Source of the DNA: Octopus vulgaris
Taxonomy: Eukaryota
DNA length: 64,000 bases
Direction of reading: 5' to 3'
NCBI GenBank assembly: GCA_951406725.2
Contig: OX597820.1
Coordinates: 93,930,001 to 93,994,000, forward strand
This document shows, piece by piece, positions 27,455 through 41,289 of this stretch. Position 1 is the stretch's first letter, and each line of letters opens with the position of its first letter. Position numbers and translations under genes: made by a program. Below the pieces are notes generated by a model, which saw only the letters and a program-made list of their open reading frames with translations, was not told where the DNA came from and searched no databases.

Positions 27455-27815
27455 AGAGTATAGTCAAATGGTTAGAAAGTTCGATTTGCAATGATAAGGA
27501 CTCAGTTTCGATGCGTGGCATCTTGGAAAAATGTCTTATACTATATTCTCGAGTCAACCCAAATATTATGAATAAAACTGGGTCGATGGTAGATGGAAAC
27601 TGTGTTAAAGCCTTTTGGATTCATTGTACCTATAATTCAAAGAATCAGCTTCGTCACATATTATATAACGCTGATTCCACCTGATGATTACGTTAAGAGT
27701 ACACATGTCTATGGAATGATCAGCGACTTACCTTTTGATTCAAACAGCTGGTAATTCAGTTGATCGGACAACAAAATACTCCTCGTCATATTGTTAAACG
27801 TTCAGTATCCGAAAG
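27455..27815 (+). mobile_element. Degenerate SINE: family B head/CORE joined to the tail type of 63631-63925
   Basis: tgcgtggcatcttggaaaaatgtctt...gatggaaactg then cagcttcgtcacat...ctgatgattacgttaagagtacacatgtctatggaatgatcagc. Confidence 0.6.
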
Positions 27816-28744
27816 AGTAATACTTTCAGTAGTACGCCAGCTCTTTACTTGAAACTTAGTATCACTATTTTTGTGAGCCAGGTTAATTGAGATAAGAGAT
27901 TTTATAGCCCACGCTATTTCAAAATGTAACGAAATATATGCAAGCAAATTTAGACACACAATTGACAAGACTATCTGATGCAAGGGTACGTAGCAAGTAT
28001 TATTTACCTAAACGCACTTAACATACACACAAATGGACAAATGCTCTCTTTAATAAGTGATAGCTAATGTATTTGGCTGTAAATGAGTACCATCCACGTG
28101 CACGTGCACCTGTCATTCTTCAGTAGTTACATCCTCACTGCCACTGGGTCAAAAGGTGAGGAGCCCGAGAGGGTGTCTATGTCTACTTTCGATGACACAA
28201 ATACCTAAAACGACAAACAATAACATGGTACATGTTACAAACCCTATATAAGACACTATATATGCTATGTTAACAGAAGTCTTAAATTCAGTATCGTATA
28301 TATTTCTTTTCAACTTGCTTTTATTACTTTTTATCTTTCTGTGATAAAAACAGCTCTCGAATTGTTAAACTCTCTCCTGTCTTATTCTTTGTGTATTTAT
28401 ATTTTCGTGTAACTCTTCTTCTTTTCTTGTTTAAGATTTTTATAATTTCTACACTTTTCTATCAGTACTTCGCTTGTTTAATTTCATGTGTTGTTTGTTT
28501 GTCTCCTCTTGCCTCATAATCTTTCTCGATTCATTTGTGTGATTTTCATTTTCTTATACCCTGCCTTTGCATAATAAATTATGGCTTGAACGTGGCATCA
28601 CTAGCTTACCTTTTCTCAGTGGTAGTTGAATAATTATGTGAGTGGTTGGGTGGTTGGGTGATTATAGATTATATATCAATTTCATCATGTTAAACAGTTA
28701 ATCCCAACAATTTTTTTCTCTCGCAGTTTTTTTTTTTTTTTTTT

Positions 28745-28905
28745 TTGTTCTCTCTCTCTCCATTTTTTCCCCCACTTTCCTTTCTGTCGAAGATCGTAGG
28801 CTCGAAACATCAATGACTTTTCCATTCTTCTCGAACGTCAAACTAATACATCTGCTTATTGTTCCCTCATTTGTTTGTCTTTTGTTTTCTGGAAATTTGA
28901 ATTAT
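28745..28905 (+). mobile_element. Family P1 element, older copy (motif 28780-28815)
   Basis: cttt ctgtcga a gatc gtag gctc gaaac atc aatg ... ctaatacatctg ... followed by (TA)n. Confidence 0.6.
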
Positions 28906-29074
28906 ATATATATATATAAACCTACAAATCCACCTGAGATCGTAACCTAGAACAGCAACAGCTAAATATAATTATACTCACATCTTGTATCGAGTACTTT
29001 TCTTTACGTTCGATATAAGCAGCATATCTATATACCCATATACCTTTATGTATGTGTGTATACCACCCCCACAT

Positions 29075-29110
<36 letters not shown>

Positions 29111-29759
29111 CACAATACACACATGAAAGAGATTCATAGTTATATAGAATATTGACAGATTCACATATTCCATTTGCAAATATCAATGGTAATATAATTT
29201 TTTGTGTGTCAAATACTAGTAACAGAATCATGCAGAATGTTTGAGAGTGAAGTGTAAAAGAGCTGAAATGAACACTGATAGAAAAGAGAAAAAACTGCTT
29301 AGAAGAAAGAAATAAAATGATACACAACTGTAGCTGTGTGTATGTAATAAAATCAAATCAATACACGATGTCTACATTTACGAACATTGTACATTGGTTA
29401 GAGCTGAAAGCACAATAAATAGTGGCAAGATGGCGTAAATCGTTTCCCTCTCCAGCAATCGCTAATTGATTGTATACGTATAGTGAGCAATTTACGAAAC
29501 AGCTCTTGTTAGTGATATACTTATATCTGTAGATAGACACACAGACAGAAAGACAGTTTGAAAATCGCACATACACAAACTCTCTTTTCCATTCACACGC
29601 GCATGTGCGCGATCATGCAAATACGCAGAGCAAACTAAACAGCTATATACATGGAAACACAAAGGAAGAAACAAAGGATATATATGTGTGTGTGTGTGTG
29701 TGTGTGTCGGCGTTATAAGAATTGTATAAGCTTAGGGAAAAACGTGAAATAATTAATTC

Positions 29760-29921
29760 TTTTAGGTAAAGTTGTTCTCGAAGCACATTACATACAGCTA
29801 TAAAAAGTAGCATGTCAATATTGGATTGACTTTTTCAATCCCAGAGGGGTTTTCCACCCGATTTTTATATGCTATTCTTTATAGCTTCAAGTTATGTGCT
29901 TCGAAAACCACTATTCTAAAG
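29760..29921. repeat. Imperfect inverted repeat with nested hairpin; a third degenerate arm copy at about 30120-30183
   Basis: tcgaagcacat...agctataaaaagtagcat pairs with atgctattctttatagct...atgtgcttcga; inner ggattga/tcaatcc hairpin at 29823-29841. Confidence 0.65.
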
Positions 29922-30297
29922 GGAAAAATGTTTCATATTCTCTCGAAAGTTAAAAAATTTTTCATGACAGCAACAACCCACAATTCTCACAGGTAAAAAT
30001 AAAGTATCTAAAAGGAATAAAGAAATTCGAAGGATTACTTTGATACAATGGTAGAACGCCTGCCATGGAAATGTGAGCTCGCGTCCCACGGACAACCTTC
30101 GAGTTTTTCTATCCAGAAAAGGGTTTTCCAACCTAATATTTATAGCTGCATATGAGGCGCTTCAAGAACCCTCATTCCCAAAATGAAGTGTATATATGTA
30201 AGTTCAGTAAAAATTTAGATTCAGATGAATATGGTACTTAAGTTGAAGGCACAAGAATTTAGTATGGTATTATTCATACAATTTAAAATAAGGTGAT

Positions 30298-30487
30298 TAT
30301 AATCAAAATAAGCAACAAGGATATCCAGAGGTAATGCAGTACGATCGTTTCATGCGACTCCATTAAATTGAACAATGCAAACATTACATCAATTTCAAAT
30401 GTACAGCAATCTTCAGCTGCACAAAAAACAGAATTTAATGAAACGATCGTACTGCATTACCTCTGGATATCCTTGTTGCTTATTTTG

Positions 30488-30493
<6 letters not shown>
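30298..30493. mobile_element. Penelope-type inverted terminal-repeat structure: perfect 56-bp arms (30298-30353 / 30438-30493)
   Basis: Exact reverse-complement arms; right arm abuts (TA)n; overlaps an HHR. Confidence 0.75.
30335..30421 (-). ncRNA. Type I hammerhead ribozyme motif with intact catalytic core
   Basis: Minus strand: UGCAG (stem I) CUGAAGA U UGC [about 50 nt loop] GCA U GAAAC GAUC GUA^ CUGCA (stem I'); stem III is 2 bp with a palindromic GAUC loop. Confidence 0.7.
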
Positions 30494-30542
<49 letters not shown>

Positions 30543-31051
30543 TCACACACACACACACACACATACACACACACATACACACATATATCAATGCAAGGAG
30601 ACAGGATCGTGCACGTATACTTGTATACATCACAATTGTATCTAGAGGATGATGGCTTCTGATGGACTACACCACAGGGCAACGTATAGGTGTACAGTAT
30701 ATAAATACATATGCATAAAAACACATATTAGACGGTCAATCGTGGATCTATTTTAATAATTAGAAGTTCCTTGTTCGAAATTCAGGCTATGCACATCCTA
30801 TACGTAGTCACACGCATACCAGCTTTTATATATACACATAAATATCATACCCTGCTGTTTAAACGAGAATGGATTTATTGGATAGTGTAGTTCTTGTTAT
30901 GCTACGTCTTATAATGAATATGGAATGATCGTGCTAGGAACATCTTCGATCCTTGGTTTGCTTGATCAAGATCAATCTAGGTCTAAATAACAGTGACGAT
31001 TAAAAGAGAAACAATATCAAACGAGAAATTTCCAATTTCACGCACGTACGC

Positions 31052-31131
<80 letters not shown>

Positions 31132-32319
31132 GCACGCACGCACGCACACACACAAACACACAAAAACTCTCTCTCTCTCTCTCTTTCTCTCTCTCTACCT
31201 ATGACATTTCTCTAAAACTTTCTCAATGTCTTGAAAATCTGATTAGAAGTTTTACAAAAAATATTAGATGAAACAATAACAATATGGTGTGTAACATTTC
31301 AGATCGATTGATTATTTTCAAGTCAAAGGTATTAGTTACGTGATTAACACACAGGGCACTGGTTTCGTTTCAGAACAATGTGTTAATATGTCAGTTACAC
31401 GCAAGAACGACGCAACATCGCCTTACACGCAATCTACACACGATCGATGCTGGCCAACATTTTTTCTTTTACTAAATTTAGTATAATGAGACTTTTGTCA
31501 CCCTACACTTGCAATGCTGTTTTTATTATTATTCTGCTATTAATAACAATCAGGTTTCTTTTAGCATTGTACCATCACAAGAGTTCTAAGAATCTTGGGA
31601 TTTTTATTTTTGCTCCAGCAAAAAAATTATGTAATTATATTCGAAATTAAAGCATGTGTGTTTATCATGAATAGAAGTAAGTTCAGTTGTATCTCCCAGA
31701 TATTTTCCTCCGTAAAACAAACAGGGTTCTGATAGAAATCAGAATGAATTTTATTATTAGATAATATATTATTCATGAAGATTGTTGTCATATATTGTTT
31801 TACCTAACAAGAAATTCATGGAATGCACATGAATTACAGAGGATTGCGAGACAATATATAGTTATATAAACAGATATAGGTATATACTTATGATATGGAA
31901 TTGGCAGACAATATATATATATGAGAGAGAATATTCATAGAGATATTATCATTGTTATTATTATCTGTGTTAAATATAATATATAGATGATAATAATAAC
32001 AACAATAATATAGATGGTTACAGGTATGAAATACCATCAAAATAAGTAAAAATTTTAAATCAGTACTAAGCAAAAGGACGCACTGGGCTTCTAACCTGTT
32101 TAGAAATAGGAGTCAAACTAAACCCCATTGGATCAACGCCCAATGTGTTCCTTTTGTTTAGTGCTAAGTTTAGATTATATATATTTATATATATATAAGG
32201 CAAAATGCGCTAAGGTGGGATTTAAACTAGGTAGCCATTTTTGTCCGTCGCTCTATCTATTCGGAAAAATTCACTGTCTGAAGGTTAATATTAATAACTT
32301 CTTTCTATCATATGCATAA

Positions 32320-32930
32320 GGACTGGACTCTTACTGGAAGGAGTTGCTCGATACCATGGACCTCAGTTCTCGTGCTAGACTTGTACTTTATTTTAACGAC
32401 CCAGAAAGGTCGAAAGACAAAATTGGTCTCTAAAGGATTAGAACTCAGAATATAGAGTGGCTTACCTAATAACTGCAAGGTATTTTGTCCAGTTTTCTAA
32501 TAATATCGCTAATTCAGCGCATCTCGCTAAAATATATATTAATGTCTAACATAGATACATGACTTGAAATTCAAAAGCGAAGAACAGCCAATTATATCAA
32601 TCCCAGCAATTGATATTACTTCAGTTTATAAATCCTGGAAGATGGATAGCAAAATCTAGCTTTGAACTCAGAATGTAAAGAGTCGTAATTGAATATGACA
32701 TTCTAATGATTCTACCAATCTAGCTTTCTTAGATAAATAATTATCAATAAAACTTTCTTACATAGACACAAGTCTATAAGTGTTTATGGAAAGAAAACGG
32801 TCAATTATGTCAAACCCAGTACTGAACTGATACTTATTGTATCAAATCCGTGATAGATGACAAGCAAATTGAACTTCGGCGGTATTTGGACTCAGAACGC
32901 AGGAGGCCGGGACAAATACGCTCTATCAAT
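32320..32930 (-). mobile_element. Cluster of three old SINE family A copies
   Basis: Repeated ...tacttt/tacttattt...cgacc...aaa...gaactcagaa blocks at about 32320-32520, 32560-32720 and 32770-32930. Confidence 0.6.
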
Positions 32931-33282
32931 TCTCTTAAATTTTAGGAATATAATTATGCGACCTTATACTGTATAACCGTGTTAGCAACGACACCAAAGT
33001 GCATGTGAACGACTCAACTTAAATAAGTATTTATAAATGTTACACTGATAAGCTAATATCATTTACTCTCAGTCGTCTTATACGAGGATAGTATTTCAGA
33101 AACTTAATCACTAGACATAACACGCCAGAGAAGTCTAACACAAACTAGTAACACACTGCAATTCCCTTCTTTATGACTGAAGCAAATACTAGAATATAAA
33201 TATGGAATAGCTATAAAGTGAATGGTTAAGGTTTTATGAAAAATTAAAATTACACATTTATAAGTATCACACACACACACAA

Positions 33283-33500
33283 TATTGGTTTCAAATTTTG
33301 GAACAAGGTCAGCAATGTCTGAGGAGGGAGTAAGTCGATTACATCAACCCTAGTGCTCAACTGGTACTTATTTTATCGATCACGAGAGAATGAAAGTCAA
33401 AGTCAATCTCAGCGGACTTTGAACTCAGAATGTAAATCCGGACAAAATGCTACAAAGCATCATTCCCGCGGTGCTAACAATTTTGCCAGCTCACCGCCTT
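33283..33500 (-). mobile_element. SINE family A
   Basis: aagtcgattacatcaaccctagtgctcaactggtacttattttatcga...gctaacaattttgccagctcaccgcctt. Confidence 0.85.
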
Positions 33501-33867
33501 ACATACACATAAAATATTATAACATATTTTATATTAGCATAATATTATTCACGTTAATAGGTATTTGACATCTGTAACAATGTCATAAAATGTTCTCCAG
33601 GTGGTTTGTTGCGCTTCAGCGTTCCATTACGCTTGGATCATCCAATGCAGACGCTGCAAATAGTCACAATGGTGAAACGCACGTAGGTAACGAATGATAT
33701 AAATTTGTGTTTATCATAATTTCTCCGACATCTGCTCTGTATGTTATAACCAGTAATACGACTAACTAATATTAGTAACCACGCCACTATAGTGGATGAT
33801 GACGCTCTTCGTGAAGCTCTAAATTCACCAATAGCAGTCGTACAACTAACTGCACACACAAGATATA

Positions 33868-34268
33868 TTCTTTTCTATTCTAGGCACAAGGCCCGACATT
33901 TTTTGGGGAGGGGGATAGTCGAATAGATCGTCCCCAGTACGCAACTGGTACTTAATTTATTGACCTCGAAAGGATGAAAGGCAAAGTCGACCTCGGCGTT
34001 ATTTGAATTCACAACGTAAAGATAGACGAAATACCTATTTTTTTACTACCCACAAGGGACTAAACACAGAGAGGACAAACAAGGACAGACACACGGATTA
34101 AGTCGATTACATCGACCTCAGTGCGTAACTGATACTTATTTAATCGACCCCGAAAGGATGAAAGGCAAAGACGACCTCGGCGGAATTTGAACTCGGAACG
34201 TAACGGCAGACGAAATACGGCTACGCATCTCGCCCGGCGTTCAAACGCTTCTGATAGCTCGCTGCCTT
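33868..34268 (-). mobile_element. SINE family A, composite (full head unit 34035-34268 plus second partial unit 33868-34035)
   Basis: cgaaaggatgaaaggcaaag(t/a)cgacctcggcg...atttgaa occurs twice; flanked on both sides by acacacaagatatatt (33854-33869 / 34269-34284), a likely target-site duplication. Confidence 0.88.
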
Positions 34269-35439
34269 ACACACAAGATATATTGAACACACACGCGTAC
34301 GCACACGCACACGCACACACATGACATCATATAAGTGTATGTGTGCGCACGCACATGCGTGTCTTTGTACAGAAACTTTTCTTTTAATGTTAATTAAATA
34401 TCTGAAAGAAAAGAGTTATTACTTATGAAACGTAAAAATGTGCCTAGGCTTGAAAATTAGTCATTAGAAGAAATGAAGTTCATAAAACACATGAAAGACG
34501 AAAGTAGGCCGTAAAGATCCTCTTAAACGCTAATTAGATAAATTATCAGCAGACTTAGTTTTAATTGTGAGGGCTAAGGAAATTGTTTATACGAGATTGT
34601 AACTCATGACTCTCTGGAAGTTATAATCTTCTGGTTATTTAGTCCCCAATTCAATTTTAAGACAAAAGACAAAGTCTGTTCCATGATCAAGTATATCTAT
34701 GATCAATTTCCTGCAAATCATGACTATTGAGACCTATAAGCAAAAACGTTCCAACCATGGCCATTTTATCTATATTTTAAGTATAATCTACTGTGAAATA
34801 CATTATCGAGTGTGTCATTTTCAAGAAAGACACGGTGTCATTAGAGTGAATATTGGCTACTATTTCCAACATGTATATTATTTCTACAATGTTCAAGTCA
34901 TCTTGTAGATGGGAAGTGGAAGTCACTAATGAAAATATATAATTAACGAGTGTTTCGTCAGCTTCCTCGGGTTGTCTCGTAGGTTTACACCACAACTGAA
35001 ATTCTCATACGGTTGCTGTGACCCCAAAAATTTACATCATCACCGCGCCAGAATGAAGACGATATTAATTTTTTTTTGCCTCTGCACGGTAGCTCGACCT
35101 GCTAGAAACAACAGCTAAATCTCTCTCCTAAGATACATTTAAAAAGGAAGACGATCCTTGATTACAAAATATATAAGGATATGTAAAATACGAGATTGTC
35201 ACGGATAGAACGCCCTTGATCAGAAATGACACGGAAGTTAGTAAACAACATACTAATCATGTAGAATCATTCTCAAGATGACGGTTCGAAATATTTGAAT
35301 GTGTGTGTTACTCACAGATATTTAACCAGTTACGGAAGTGCCACCCACAGGAATGCTTGAGCAATACACAGCAATAACAACATTTTCTCCTTTCAGGCTT
35401 TCGGGATCGATAAAATCAGAACACACCATACAATCGATG

Positions 35440-35752
35440 ACATAAATACCCGGTACGCAGTAATAAATAAAAGTTCCCAGTATAGTTAATCACAATTGTA
35501 CGTACATGGTATACAATCAGTATTATTGTATTCGATATACAGTCAATATTATATATACCCGGTATACAGTCAATAACATAAGTACTCGGTATACAGTCGA
35601 TAACACTAGCAACCAGTGTCCAATCAGAAACAAGTATTCGGCATGCTGTCAATAGCATTTGTAACATAAGTACCCGGTATACAGTTAATAGCATATAGTT
35701 AATAGCATATAGTTAATAGTATAAGTACCCAGTTTACAGTCAATAGCATAAT
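35440..35752. repeat. Degenerate minisatellite, unit about 27-28 bp (aagtacccggtatacagtcaatagcat)
   Basis: Roughly ten recognisable units. Confidence 0.85.
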
Positions 35753-35977
35753 AAACCTGTTGACAATCATTAACATGTATAGCTCAGAATGCTTTGGGTA
35801 ATATATCTACCCAGTACATTGTATTATTGATGGTTATTACTGATGTCTTCATGATCATTGCTGAGATCTATAGGACAAAAATCATTCACCTTTATTAGTT
35901 GTTTTGCAAATCCGACCATCAGAATATGGAGATAAAAGAAATTCCCCCTCAGTCGGAGTTGAATTCCGAAACAGAAG

Positions 35978-36275
35978 TCGCATGGCTCAGTGGTCAGAGT
36001 ATCGGACTCACAATCATGAGGTAGTGAGTTCGATTCCTGGACGGGCTATGTGTTGTGCTCTTGAGCAAGACACTTTATTACACGTTGTTCCTGTTCACTC
36101 AGCTATAGAAATGAGTTGCGACGCCACTGGTGCCAAGATGTATCGGCCTATGGAGAGGGGAGTGCTGGTATGCATGAGCGCTTGCTGGTCTTCCATAAAC
36201 AACTTTGCCGGCGGAGTGTAACTTTCTAGGTGCAATCCCATGGTCATTCATGACCGAAGAGGGTCATTTCCTTTT
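35978..36275 (+). mobile_element. tRNA-headed SINE family C
   Basis: A box tggctcagtgg, anticodon-like arm ggactcacaatca, B box gagttcgattcc, followed by a non-tRNA body (gttgtgctcttgagcaagacacttta...ctcagctatagaaatgagt). Confidence 0.85.
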
Positions 36276-36364
36276 ACTCTTTATAACTAAACATTCAAGA
36301 TAAATCAATACAGTCATTGATCATCATTCATTAATGCTAAAGATTCCTTGCCGAGGCATTAGAT

Positions 36365-36789
36365 AATATTATGAAAGGGGGTAATATTGTCAACGATTTA
36401 ACTGAATTAAGTACTTGGTTGATTCTTATTTTGTCGGCCCCAGAAGGAGAATGGATACAGCTCTACAATCGCCGGATCTGAACTCTGAATTAAAAGGGGT
36501 GTGAACAAATACCGCTAGGTATTTTGAATTTTACTCAAGTGAGTCTACCATCTAACGCCCTTGAATAATAATCTTTACTTTTACTATAGACACATAGCCT
36601 TAAATTTTGACGTGGAGAAAAGTCGATTACATCAGCCCTAGTGCTCGACTGGTGCTTATTTCATTGACCTTCGAAAGGATGAAAGGCAAAGTTGACCTAG
36701 ACGGAATTTGAACTCAGAACGCGAAGACGGACGAAATGCCGCAAAGCATTTCGCCCGGCGTGCTAACGATTCTACTATCTCGCCGCCTT
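36365..36789 (-). mobile_element. Two SINE family A copies (old about 36365-36560; younger 36580-36789)
   Basis: gaaaggatgaaaggcaaagttgacctagacggaatttgaactcagaacg...gctaacgattctactatctcgccgcctt. Confidence 0.8.
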
Positions 36790-37439
36790 AATAATCATAA
36801 TAATAATAATAATTCATTTTTGACGACGGCGATGATAAAGATGATGATGATGATGGCGATAATGTCAATGATGATGACGATAAAGTTAATGAAGACTGAC
36901 TGATTCCAAATAAACCCTCTGTAGTTGTGTGCAAATAGCTGTAAATTGCAGTTAGGTGCAGAAGATTTAGTAATGCATATAGCGCCAGTGCAACAGAATA
37001 CAAATCCCAAGTGAGTGCGCGTTTAATTGGAGACCCGAAATACCAGCGTGAATAAGTTCAGAAAAGAAATCTAAGTAACGAGTCTACTCTAACGAACTTT
37101 TAGGAGAGAACAGTCTATTTAGTTTTTGTGATATTCTTTGATAGCAGTATTTAACTCAACTTGAAACAATTCACAAATACTTAATGCATTAGCTAAGTGT
37201 TTTTATGTAAATATCATTATCGATGGAGAAACGTATACACAATATGGGTTCGTAAGATTGCTTACATGCACAAATTAGAAATACATTTTCTGTATAAATA
37301 GTGCGGTTTCTTGGAAAATATTTACGCTAAGGGCGTAGTTTTAGGATATGCTATGAGTATACTTATTTTTACACAACGTTTTCAACTTTGGATCTTCCAT
37401 AGTAGAGGTAGGGATCTTTTTCTTTTATGTAAAAAAAAA

Positions 37440-37535
37440 AAGCCACATTAAATTAATTGTCATCTGACAAAGCCACATTAAAGTTAACTGCCACGTGACA
37501 ACGATGCATTGAAGTTAACTGCCATCTGACAAGGC
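37440..37535. repeat. 30-bp tandem repeat, about 3 units
   Basis: aagccacattaaagttaactgccatctgac-like units. Confidence 0.8.
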
Positions 37536-40500
37536 TCGATTTCAAAATAATTTTTTTGTTCTGCTAAACTTATTGTTCATAAAATATAATTATTCATTAA
37601 AGAAACTAAAAGCTAAAATATGTTACATATCGTATAAAAGGCAGCGTTTTAGATTAAAAACATATTTACTATTATAACATCGGATTTCTATTATTTAAAC
37701 ACGGCCGTAATTACTGTAAACAAGCAATTACAAGTGAGGATGAAGAAAAATAATAGATGCTTCTGAAATTAGCCATAAGGTGGAAAGATAGGCTTTACAT
37801 TGAATTAAATCAACAAAAATATATTCCAGTATAACGATTTTCTTTCAAAATTTTACCTCTTTCAGAAGATCACGAGCGGCCTTAAAGTCGCAAATTCCTC
37901 GCCTTCGTCCTATTTATTTTACATACATGACCGTTGTTCGGATATACTTTTTATTTGCATATCGTGTAAAACTTGGTTTTAGAACTGACCGTGCACTTCA
38001 CCTCCTTATTAGTGAGTACGTCTGCATAGCCGGAGACAACTAAACACGAAGTCAGTGGTTCTTATTCTGTCAGACTTAAACTCACAAATGTTTCAACGCA
38101 TTTAGCTGCAAATATGCAGTCAGGATAAATCATTGTTTCTAAGTAAGTATGCTGTACAGTATTCGGCCTCTCACAAGGATATAGTTTAGAGAGATTTTCA
38201 CCGGAATACACAATACGAAGACATGCTTTTCAGATGGAACCCATTACAATTTTATAAAATAATATTTGTTTCTAAGTTAGCTGTAGTACTGCGCATTTTG
38301 AGGCCGGAATAAATCAAGCTAGTACTTCATCCTGCCGGTGTTGATAAGTACTAAAGTGAACTCCGGTGGAAATCGAACGTAAAAGGACGCAACTAAATAC
38401 TTTTGTTCTACTGATTCTACCAATCCATAGGCTTTTATTTATTTATTTTTTCAGAAGGCAATACTTAATAGTTTTAGATACTCTACTTCATTGAGGTTAT
38501 TATTACACCATAGCTATTCTGTAATGATTTCACTATAATGAATATATATTACAAGTAATTTATAAGAACTATGCGTTGAAAGAGTTTATAAGTATACATA
38601 AGGAGTTTATGAGAATTATATATTTTACAAAGACTTAAAATAATAGAAAAAAGGAAAAGCTGAAAGAAAATGACAAATCCTTCTGTAGTCGCTGTGGCTG
38701 CATGCAGCAAGAGATGTCGCAGCAACCACAGCAACAACAGTAATAAGAGCAGCCAACCCATGCACGAATGCTAGCTAGGTGTTTTGTTGAGTAACCCACC
38801 ACTGTCTGCATGCCCGCTTCCTCCGTCAGCCGTTAGCCGGGGTCGAACGTAGGTAGAAGTCAGCTGATACCCTGATGACGACTTGCCTGTTAGTGAAAAA
38901 ACACATTTGATATAGATTTGGTTTTATTTAAAAAATAATTCAAATATATAAACTAAAATTTATATAGAACTTATACCACACACACACACACACACACGCA
39001 TACGCACACACACACGCACGCACATGCACACACACGTACGCACACGCACACACACACACGCATCCCCTCTCTCTCTCTTCGTAATGTTGCTTCAAAAACA
39101 GCAATGTAATATCGTGAGGTGTGTGTGAATAGAATATTTACAAGACTAGATTGATTACAAACAAAGGTCAGGAAATATTTTGTTCTATTCTAATAACATA
39201 TAACAATACATTTTTATGATAGACCCGTTCGCCAAGTTGTTCTAAGTGTTCACATTGATTAGAAATGAACGCAGAAACATGAAATGCATCTATAACACGT
39301 CGTTACACATTGATGCTAGAATAAGTTCCTTCACGAATCCAGTTCAATGCAATGAGTCAGGCTTGGTTGAATTTTCGTTATTAAGTAGATCTCTGACTAC
39401 CAAACTGATCTGGATTTACGGAGATGAGTATTCTAGCATCAACGACCAAGCACGAATTAGATATTCATGTTACTGCATTTAGTTTGGCCCTTGTGAATAC
39501 TTAAGAACTCATCTACCTTATATGTGCTCAGTGGATCAATAAATAATATATCAGTAAATAAAAGAATAAAAGTGAAGTTTATTGCCTTATAAAGTTACAA
39601 TTAGGAATTCTTTATTCACGCATCTCCAGTTCTTTATATATTATATTATATTATATTATATCCTATTATATTATATCATATTATAAAGGATATTATTATA
39701 TATTATATCATTACATCATTATATATTATATTTTATTATCTTATTATTATTTCTGGCTCGCTCTGTGTAATTCAAAACTTCGATCATCTTAAGGGACAGA
39801 GAAAAGGATAACTGGAAGTGCCTGTCGAACAATTCTGTATCAACTCTCAAAACTCCGGTATGCCCCAGTAAAATGCGATAAGACTATCCACATATAACTC
39901 GTGAAACAAATAAAGTAGAACAGAAAAGGATGAGATAACGTGTAATTAACCTACATCACGTGAGTGTGAAATACCAGAAAATGTGAGATGCTCCCAAACC
40001 ACTGTTTGTGTTTTTAGGCCTGATGTTTGTTCTGGTTTTACGATGTCAGGTAAATGAGAAATAATCTCATAGACAGGAAACCAATCAATAGGAGAGAACA
40101 TGTTTAGTTTGTTACTGTTGCTTTTCTTATTCAGCTACAGATTAAGCTTTAATGAGACCTACAAGCAAGGTTGTTCCAGCCGGGATTATCACGTCATATA
40201 TCTTGGACTACATTGTTCGAAGTGTCTTTTCCTTTTTTTTAAGACAGAAAGTTGTGGATTAAGGAAGAATTACTATTTCTAGCAAGTAGGGCAAACGTAG
40301 AGCCTATTTCGTTACTTCACAACATGCTATTTAATTTAGAAGCTGTTAGCGGTAACGAAATGAATTGAGGAATATGCAGATATACATCGAGTTACTTGCA
40401 ATGAAATCCATATCCTGTAAAAGAAATACCATATAAATTCAGGTATTTCCCTCCTGAGCTAATGAAATGGCTCCTGGCTCAAATCCTTACCCACACGCAG

Positions 40501-41192
40501 CTTGATGCTGGATTGTGCTCAACAAAAATTGCCATCAATTTTAGACATTACATGACGAACAAATCTCCAGCAGTACCTCGCTGATCCAAGAAGTTAATAA
40601 TCTACTTCTACAAAGCAGTGGAAATAGTGTATGTTTAAATACGTCCACAGACAAACAGAAAAACTTGAAGAAAAGAAGGATTGTAGCACAGTAAAATTTC
40701 CTTATACCGCTAATACTGCTATCGCCTTTGCCTATTGTTTATGCACAGATCAGTACTAAATGAGCAGACCAAAGATCAAAAAGTGCTATAAATGAAACCA
40801 TCCGGATTTTTTATGCATTTCTACCTATATTCTACAATGTGTCCTTTCTGAAGATGGCAGGCTTGGACAAGAGGAAATTTCTCGCAGGACAGGGGCTTGC
40901 TTAGAGACTTCCTTAATTAATTCGGTGAGCAGTTACGATGTGACAACTACACGCTTTTAAACCTATAAGCTGATACACGAAGTTGATTTTTCAACAGAAC
41001 TTGCAACTTACTGTTCAGTAGAGCGATTGCCTACAAACGTGTGTTCCTGAAGATGATCGAAGAATATAACGATCTAAATACGATATATTAGTCTAAATAA
41101 AAACACGACAGCTAAAGTATAAAGTCTAACCAAAGATAATTTACTATACTGTTGCAAGCTATTACAAGTGCGGTAAAAATTATATGATTTGC

Positions 41193-41231
<39 letters not shown>

Positions 41232-41257
41232 CATGCATATAATTGTATGCACGTATG

Positions 41258-41289
<32 letters not shown>

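Noticed and set aside
35978-36050. tRNA gene (Val-like CAC anticodon arm); also 63865-63925
   Set aside because: A and B boxes present but no closing acceptor stem or poly-T terminator; continues into a SINE body
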